A stretch of DNA of 63,767 nt, filler included, from Olpidium bornovanus S191 (taxonomy: Eukaryota > Fungi > Olpidiomycota): assembly GCA_017911155.1 (NCBI GenBank). It is 33 parts of 33 records of this genome, joined end to end, with 100 filler letters (N's around TTAATTAATTAA, not from the genome) between each part and the next. Parts side by side here need not be neighbours in the genome. Positions count along the whole stretch, not along the records: positions 56,067 to 59,655 come from JAEFCI010011973.1; positions 59,756 to 61,415 come from JAEFCI010005599.1; positions 61,516 to 63,767 come from JAEFCI010005769.1; 30 more parts are not named here. One strand, given 5' to 3'. The translations under genes were made by a program, and so were the position numbers. Shown here piece by piece: positions 56,067-63,767 of the stretch. The notes under the pieces were generated by a model that worked only from the letters and a program-made list of their open reading frames with translations, ran no database searches and had not been told where the DNA came from. How positions within the stretch are numbered: the first letter of the stretch is position 1; each line of letters begins with the position of its first letter.

Positions 56067-59000
56067 CATGGCGCCGACGTGGTTGTGGCGCTCGGCGGCG
56101 AGGCGGTACCAGTACACGGCGCGGGCAAGGTCCGCCTCCACGCCGTTGCCGAACTGGTAGCAGGCGCCGACCTTGTCCTGGGCGCGGGCGTGGTCCTGCT
56201 GCGCCGCCTTCTCGTACCACTCGAACGCCTTCTCGAGCGAGCGCTCCACGCCGAAGCCGTGGGCGTAGCAGTACCCGATGTTGCACTGCGCCCACGGGTT
56301 TCCCTGCTGCGCGGACTTGCGGTACCAGTGGACGGCCAGCTCCGGGTTCTTTTCCACGCCGAGGCCCTCCTCGTAGCAGAACCCCAGCGAGTTGTGCGCC
56401 AGCGAGTTGCCCTGCTCGGCGGAAAGCGCGAAGTACCTGACCGCGAGGATTTCGGAGACCGGGACGCCCGTCCCGTTCCGGTAGCAGTACCCGAGGCTGA
56501 GCTGCGCCGGCGCGTGGCCCTCGTCGGCGGCCTTCTTGTACCAGGCGACGGCCAGCTCCTCGTTGACGGGAACGCCGATCCCGTTCTGGTAGCAGTACCC
56601 GAGGGAGTGGAACGCAAAGGTGTTTTCGAGCTCCGCGCTCGCCTTGTACCAGTACACGGCTCGATGCTCGTCCTTCGGAACACCGTTGCCGTTCTGGTAA
56701 CAGAACCCGAGGTTGTGCTGCGCGCGTGCGTGCCCTTGCTTGGCGGCTCTGGAGTACCAATACGCGCCGACGGCCTCGTCCTTCTCGACGCCGATACCGT
56801 TCTGGTAGCAGTAGCCCAGGTTGCACTCGGCCCACGGATATCCCTGTTTCGCAGACAAAGTGTACCACTTGCTCGCCTCGACCACGTCCTTTTTGACTCC
56901 GATCGCGTCCTCGTAGCAGTAGCCCAACGAGTTTTGCGCGAAGGAATTGCCTTGCTCCGCGGACGCGTGGTACCACCTGACGGCTTCCTGAGGGTCTTTC
57001 TCGACCCCGATGCCATCCTCGTAGCAGTAACCGATGTTGTACATCGCAACCGAATCGTTGTGCAGAGCGGCGAGCCGATACCACTTGAGCGCAGTGACGT
57101 CGTCCTTCTTGGGACCAAACCCTTCGATGTAGCAGTAACCAAGAATCCCCATCCCGCGGGGTTGGCCGCCGACGGCGCTGCGCATATACCACTTGAACGC
57201 GCCCTGCTCGTCCTTGGCAAACCCGACGCCTTCGTGTTGACAGCCACCGAACGCGTACTGTGATGCCGGATGCGCGTAGTGCGCCGCAGCAACAGTCAGC
57301 CACGCGAGTCCGTCCGTCTCAAAGGCGAAAACTGCCATCGGCGGTACTGCTGGCTCATCGACGCCGGGGGGCTCAGGGTCAACAAATATGTTCCCGTTCG
57401 TGAACGACAAGCCGCGACTTCGGCCGCTCCGCTCGGGCTTTTCGGCATGCGCCGCCTTGCTCCAGCGGGAAAGCGCCGCGCCTTCGAAGCCCCCGTCCAT
57501 AACCGTGTTCTCGTCGCCGTCGCCCGGATCGACCGCCACGCCGCCGGAATCCACCGGGCCCGCCGCGGACGAGGTGCAGGCTTTTTTCGGCGAGCCGAAC
57601 TGGGCTGCGACCGGGGTCTCCGCCTGGGCGCCGATCTCCTCGCACGCGCTGTTCACGAGCGCAACCAGCGCGTCAGCTTCTCGGCGGTCGATGCGCACGC
57701 CAGGCCGCCCGTACTTCCTGAGGAACGCCAGGCGGGACAGCGCCAAGTGGTCAGGGTGCTTCGCCGCCGCGACGGCCGGAGGCGCAGTCGGGCCCGCGGG
57801 CGCGGCGAAAGGCGAACGCGGCGAAGAACCCGCACGGTCGGGCGTCCAGAGGCCGTCGGAACCAAAGGGACTCGGCGGCTCTTTCGGGCGAGGGGCAAAG
57901 AGCGACGAGAAGTACAACGCACCTATGTAGCACGCTTCCGCCTTCCCGTAACAAGCCTGCCACCTCGCCGGCGACATCGGGGCGGCCGCGCGGGGAGTCG
58001 ACGGAGCCGGCGTGGGCGATCCGCAGCGGGAAGTTGAGCTCCGCGCCTTCGCGCCCTCGCGCGCTCCGGCCGCGGCTTGCGGCGGAGCGGGGTGCCCCAT
58101 GAGCAAGCTGACGGGCACGTCGACGGTGTCGCTCGTCAACCCGAACTCGAAACAGAACCCGAGGACGGCCAGCGACAGCGGGTGCGAGTGGGGCGGAAGT
58201 GCCAGGTGGTGGAGCAGGTGCAGGATCGGAATCCTAACGGAACCCGGCGGGACGCCGGTCGGCGACCTGCGGTGATCGAGGACGTCCGCCACAGGCGGCG
58301 GCGATGTCGACAGCGTGGGCGGAAAGCCTGCGGGGTTCGCCCGCACCAGCGCCTCCGCGTAAGCTTGCGAATTCTTCCGGGAGCTACTACCAGTGCCCAG
58401 CAGAGAGTGGGACGCCAGGTTGAAAAGGGCCGCGGTCTGGTCCCGGATCGAAGAGGTGTTCTGTGGTGGTGGTGGTGGTGGTGGTGGTGGGGGGGTTGGG
58501 GAAGGCGGGAGGCGGAGAAAAGGCGGAGTGCCGTAGGAGGCAGCGTCAGTGCTTCGTTCCGCGGGGATCGTTCCGACGGACGACCTGCGGATATGCGCGG
58601 GGATCGTTCCGGCGAACGACGGGCGGTTATGCGCGGGGATCGTTCCGGCGAACGACGGGCGGTTATGCGCGGGGATCGTTCCGGCGAACGACGGGCGGTT
58701 ATGCGCGGGGATCGTTCCGGCGAACGACGGGCGGTTATGCGCAAGGGGGGGCAGCAGGCGGCGCAAGGCAAGATCGAGAGAGAGAGAGAGAGAACGCGGG
58801 CGTGAGGCGTGGAACACGGGCATGAGCTTTCCACTTACAACGCTTCGCAGCCTGCGATCGGCACAGCACGCGCAGAGCGACGCCCACGCGCCGACCCTGG
58901 GGGAATCCTCGTCGAGGATCCGCTCGACCTCGGCCTTGACAGCGGGGCAGTTGTAGCGGAACCTGCGATCGGGCTGCGCCTCGGGGCCGGGCAGAGCCGA

Positions 59001-59480
59001 GATCGCGTACGGCGACGCCGGCGAAGCGGGGGGGGCGGCACGCGCGGCAGCGTACCCGGCGAGATTGAGGGCGGCGGGAAAGAAGTGGCCACGCCCGGCG
59101 CTCAACAGCGCGGCCGACGCAAGGGAGGCCGGCGACGAGCGGCCCGCGGCGGCGACGCCCGATCCAACGGCAGCCGCACGGGGCGACACGCGGGACGGGG
59201 AGAACGCCGCGGCCGGGAGGCCGCCGACGTCCATCTGGCCCACCGCGTCGCCCTCGTCGCCGCAGGGGAAGACGCCGGCGGACTGGTCTCCGCCCACGTT
59301 GCCCACGAGCGTGAGCAGCTGCGTCTCCCCCGCGGCGGGGCTCGTGTTTATCGAGAGGTTGGCGGCCGGCCGCCGCCGCTGGTGCGGCTTGCGCCGGGGC
59401 GTCGTCGCAGGGCCGCCAAGCGGCGAGCCGGGGCCGCCGCCTGCCGCGCCTGACGCGGAGGAGGGGGAGGAGAAGGTCAT
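56067..59480 (-). CDS. SEL1-repeat (HCP-like) protein, at least 11 repeats (3' partial)
   Basis: Repeated A..xLGxCYxxGxGVxKDxxxAxxWYxxAAxQG from about 57300 to the gap. Probable intron at 58838-58461. Confidence 0.93.
58563..58742. repeat. 36-bp minisatellite x5 with internal hairpin TCGTTC-CGGC-GAACGA
   Basis: Four identical copies and one variant, head to tail, with no spacers. Confidence 0.95.
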
Positions 59481-59755
59481 TTTTATGATGTTGTTGTTTG
59501 TTGTTGTTTGTTGTTGTTGAGAGATCGCGGGCGCCGCTGCGTAGCCCCGGACGAGGGGGGTGGTGGGGGGGGGGGGGGCGTTTATTTCCGCCTGGTCTGT
59601 GTGAGAGAGGGAGAGAGGGGAGGGGCGAGTGCGTGTGTGTGTGCGTGTGCGTGCGNNNNNNNNNNNNNNNNNNNNNNNNNNNNNNNNNNNNNNNNNNNNT
59701 TAATTAATTAANNNNNNNNNNNNNNNNNNNNNNNNNNNNNNNNNNNNNNNNNNNN

Positions 59756-61315
59756 CAGTTCGGCGTCCCACTTCAACGGCCGCCGGTCTGGCGGCGCGAC
59801 GCCGGCGCTCGGAGGCAGGCGCCGGTGGAGCAGGTCAAGCTCTTCACGACCCGCCGCGGTCTTGCCCTCCTTCATGAGCTCGATGACTCGATTCGTCGAT
59901 AGCATGCTATCCAGCAGCCGCTTCGCACCTTCCCCGTCCCCGAGCGCGCAATGCATGCGGACGATCTCCCTGTAGATCGGCTGATCCGGCACCAGGTTCG
60001 CGTCCCGGATGAGCTTGAGGACGTCTAGCGTCTGCAACGGGTCAATGCTCGTGGCATACGCCCGCGCCAGGAGTCGGTAGGTTTCCAGATTTGGCATCCA
60101 TCCGTCGCTCTTCATGTCGAACATCGCGCCCTGCGTGCCCATCACGTCCTTTCCGTAGGAAAGGACGCGGATCCGGTACTGGTGGTCCTCCATCGACATC
60201 CGCTTGCCGAACGACCGGCAGCAATCCCAGGCCAACGCAGCATTTTTCGCGCTCATCGGCTCCAGAATCTTGCGGACGGTGAGGCGGTCGAACCCGAGGT
60301 AAGGCGCAAAGCGGAAAGCGGCGTAGTGTTCTTCGACGGAGAGGGCGGCGTCGAAGCCGGACGTCCAGATGCGGCTGTAGATCCGGGTAGCGGTGATGCT
60401 GAAGCCGAAGTCGATGGCCTTCAGAAGCGCTTCGCGGGCGGCTTCCGCCGACACTTCCGCGTCCTGCCGCAGCGACCTGGCCACCTCCAGGAGTTCGTCT
60501 GCTTGCAACGCGATGTCCGGAATGTCGGCCGGAACGCGGGCCAAAAAAATTCCCGACTGGTCCGTCCGTCCGCAGATGCCACGGACTATGTCGTTGCGCT
60601 CCGCCATTTCCAACAGCTCGCAGCTCGACGGGAAAAACTCGTGGAAGTCGCGGCCATTTGACCTCGGTCGCTTCCGCGGGGGAGCGTCCAGGCTCGGCTC
60701 CCCCACGCTCCAACCCGACGCACCGGCCTCCCAGTAATCCGGGTCCGTGACGCCCTCGCGGCCGTCTCCACACGGGTCGCAGAGGTCCCAGTCTCTGCTG
60801 CGGGGGCAAGGGGCTGCCGAGAACCACCTGATGTGCCGGCCGGAAATCTCGGCCCAGCCGGGCAGGCTCCCGACGGCCCGAACCAGAGAAAGGCGCGGGC
60901 CGCAGCGCGCGTGGTCCCAGGAGGCGTCGCGCACGACCCCCCATCCCGGCGGTCGCCGCCGCACGTGCTTGCTGTACCGGCGGCGGGACTTTCTCGCGTG
61001 CTTCTGAGGCGCAGCCGCGGCCGGCGCCGGGGTTGGCGCCGCCGCCTCGACCGCGGCGGCCGAGGCGCGCGCGCTGCCGCACCGAAGGCCCTGCGGCCGT
61101 CCAGATCTCCGGAACGGGGGGTTGGGTGGCGCGGCCGCGGAGGGGAATCCGGGCGAGACGGCGGCTGTCCCGAGGCGACGCTGGTGCTGTTGACAGGCAC
61201 ACCCGGGCCGGGCCCCGCAGCGGCCGCCGTCGCCAGAGCTCCGGCCGGCGGGCGACCACCGCCGCAGCCGCAGCAACTCCGCGCACGGGCCGGGCAGGCG
61301 GCGAGCGAGCGCCAT
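59756..61315 (-). CDS. Mitochondrial pentatricopeptide-repeat (PPR) protein (3' partial)
   Basis: Arg-rich presequence. MKSDGWMPNLETYRLLARAY and IRDANLVPDQPIYREIVRMHCALGDGEGAKRLLDSM are PPR motifs. Confidence 0.8.
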
Positions 61316-61359
61316 TCCGGCGCGCGAGGGCGCGGGGGCGGGGGGGCGGGAGGGAAGCG

Positions 61360-61401
<42 letters not shown>

Positions 61402-61515
61402 GGGGGGGGGGGGGGNNNNNNNNNNNNNNNNNNNNNNNNNNNNNNNNNNNNNNNNNNNNTTAATTAATTAANNNNNNNNNNNNNNNNNNNNNNNNNNNNN
61501 NNNNNNNNNNNNNNN

Positions 61516-62851
61516 CAATTGGGCCCTAAGTATATGGAACGAGATCGTACGTGCTCTATTAAAAGCCAGCAGTGGCAGAGTGTCGGAACAACGGAACACC
61601 GGACGCACCACGTACGAAGGCCGTGCCGCGTCATGCGAATTCAGATGGTTATTGATGACGGAAGCTAGCTGGTCGTTTTCCATAGCGCCCTGCCGAAATC
61701 GGTACACCAGCTGGCCAAGCATCACGTTCAGCCATTCGCAAGTCTCTGGCACGTCTTCAAGCAGTGGGTACCCCGTTGTAGACAGCACCGCTCTATCAGT
61801 TGGCGAGAGGCACGTTGGCTGCGCTCGCCGCTCCTGCAGTGAAAGTCGAGGCGGGAGGCGGAGGGACCAGACACGACCAGAATGGAAAGGGTCGCTGGAG
61901 TTAGAAAAGCGATTCGGCAAGTCGCGTCAGACCCGCGTTCTCACACATTGGGAAGCGACGCCAACGGAACGCAAGTGGAAAGAAACCAACGCGAACCTGC
62001 CGCGGGGCGAGGCGCGAACACGCGGCAGAAGACTGCCCCTCCGGTAACTGACAGCTTCGAAGGCCGGAAAGGGCGCAACGCAGCCTCGCAGTGTTGCCGG
62101 AGAATCTAAACCGCAGTGTTTTCCGGTTGCCGGCACTCCCCCCCGTCAAAAACGAACCGACCTCGTCTGCGGGCGCATCGACCGTAACGCGATCTCCTGC
62201 CTCGGGGCTTGCAGTGGCCGCGGCGGCACAACATGAAGTCAGGAGGTGCGACCAGGCTTTCCTCCGGTCTGGCTGCCTCTTGTGGTCTGCCGACGTCTGC
62301 GGCAAAGAGGCGAGTCGCGACGGCGACGGCGGCTTGAACAGCAGGAACCTGACGGTCGCGACGGCGAGGACGACGACCAGCAGCTCGCCGAGCAGTAGTC
62401 CTTGCAAAAAGTACAGCCACCAGGAGGCGGCGGAGGGGGGCGGCGCCGGGGGCAGCGGCCAGGCTGCGCCTCCGCGGGCTTCGCAGTGCTGCTCCAGCGC
62501 TGCTGAAAGTCTGCCCGGAGGGGAGCGCGGAGAGGAGGGCGAGTGACGGCGGCGGTTGGAGGCGAGCGCAAACGGTTTCGCGCGCGGCAGGCGCGGCCTC
62601 CTCCTCCTCCTCCTGAACCTCCTCCTGGACCTCCTCGGCCCGGGTGGAAACGAGCCGGCGTTGTCCCGAAAAGCCGACGGCGCAGCGGCGGCAGCAAACG
62701 GCTCAGGGTCGTTCTTGCGCGCGTGACAACCCCGGCAAAAGCTCCCATCACGCCGAGACCGGTCCCGCGCGGTCCCCGCACGCCGCGCCCCCCAGCCCGC
62801 CGCCTCGCCGCCGCCGCCGCCCGCCAGGCCCCGAAAGTCATCTCCCCTCAT
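61516..62851 (-). CDS. MMM1: ERMES subunit Mmm1 (TM helix and start of SMP domain; start uncertain, 3' partial)
   Basis: FLQGLLLGELLVVVLAVATVRFLLF and PETCEWLNVMLGQLVYRFR match the Mmm1 patterns FxQGLxLGQL and PESLDWFNVLIAQ. Confidence 0.8.
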
Positions 62852-63767
62852 ATGCCGCCCGAACAGAATCTGGACTGTCGCTTTTGCAGCCAGCAACAAA
62901 CCACCCTCATAAATCTGTCGGCGGCATAACGAGGAGGCGAAACCCCCGATTCGCTGGGAATTCGGCGAAAATTTCCAAAGACTTGGGCAGGATTCGAACC
63001 GTTTTCGGTCCCGCCGTAGTCCGGTTCTCGTGGGCAAACCCTCGCCGCTGGAAACCTATTCACGACCGCCGGCCGACGGGAGGAGGTGGGATTAAGTCCG
63101 CTTTCATGCGTGGCATGTGGGATACCTGTTCTCAGCGGTTAATACAAACAACACAGAAATCCCTCTCCGCCCACTTTGCAGTTAGGGCCGGTGCCACGGT
63201 CGGCTGACTTTCTAACTGATGGATGATGATGGATGACGTCTGGTGGATGATGTCTTTACGTCAAAAATGCACTGTAATTAGCATGGCGGAATTTGCAGCC
63301 TCGACGGCATCAGTGATGTGATGTAGCCCTCCATCGCCAAGCTAGCACCATCTTCATCTTTGGTCGGCAAATGCATCTGTTATCAGGCGCCGTCATCGAT
63401 GATAAATTTGGAATAAATATTTCTGGCAACATTCATGGAAATGGTGCCGATGATGTCGATGTGTATGTGCTTTCGGCGCTCGTATCACGCGCCTGATTGG
63501 TGGATGAGGTTTCCGTGTCTGCTTCCCCAGCTGGATTGCGCCACAGAACGGCTCATCGATGGATGTGCATAAGTTTGCAGTAGTAATCCTTCCTGTTACC
63601 GGCGTTGCAGGGCGACGGTTGCAAGTGCTGAGGTGCCCCATGCACTCATGTCATTTCTGGACGCAACTTCAATGTGGCCAAGCCCACTCGTTTCCTCCGA
63701 AGAACGCTGCTGTCTCTGCGACCTCGGCAAATGCTCCGCCGTTCTTCTCGTCGTTAGCCTCTGCCTA

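Noticed and set aside
58563-58742. 36-bp palindromic repeats as a CRISPR array
   Set aside because: The units are head to tail with no unique spacers, there are no cas genes, and the context is a eukaryotic intron.
1-63767. Gene clustering (e.g. TOR next to Swi6 and UBC7, or DCX next to SEL1) as a functional system
   Set aside because: Each gene is on a separate contig joined artificially, so there is no synteny information.

Overview
This is not a contiguous locus. It is 33 short contigs (all about 1.0-4.7 kb) concatenated with 32 synthetic 100-bp spacers (N44-TTAATTAATTAA-N44), so adjacency across spacers carries no biological meaning. The DNA is eukaryotic, GC-rich and intron-containing, and looks like an early-diverging, probably zoosporic, fungus. 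Supporting markers are a Swi4/Swi6-type ankyrin factor, ERMES Mmm1, a tandem doublecortin protein and hevein/CBM18 modules. The style is reminiscent of Olpidium-like drafts, which is inference only. Recognisable genes, mostly partial: mitoribosomal Bot1/MRPS35, a secreted RFGQE-type protein with NNGDAG repeats, a disrupted gamma-COP copy, a mucin-CBM18-TM protein, a DUF5672 glycosyltransferase-like protein, G-alpha, TOR C-terminus, a Swi6-like factor, UBC7, a Zn-ribbon DnaJ, an App1-like phosphatase, a DCX protein, a SEL1-repeat protein, a PPR protein and MMM1. Several Ty1/copia and Ty3/gypsy relics are also present. The most unusual observations are: (1) a copia element with a half-tRNA PBS and copia protease but a Ty3/gypsy-looking capsid; (2) a gypsy element with two in-frame antisense ORFs converging on the pol stop; (3) an LTR-like repeat in two contigs whose stem-loop shows compensatory changes; (4) a chitin-binding membrane protein with an integrin-like NPLY/NTLY tail; (5) a stop-free in-frame intron carrying a hairpin minisatellite. 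All family assignments were made by eye from motifs; no searches were run. No rRNA, tRNA or CRISPR array was seen.
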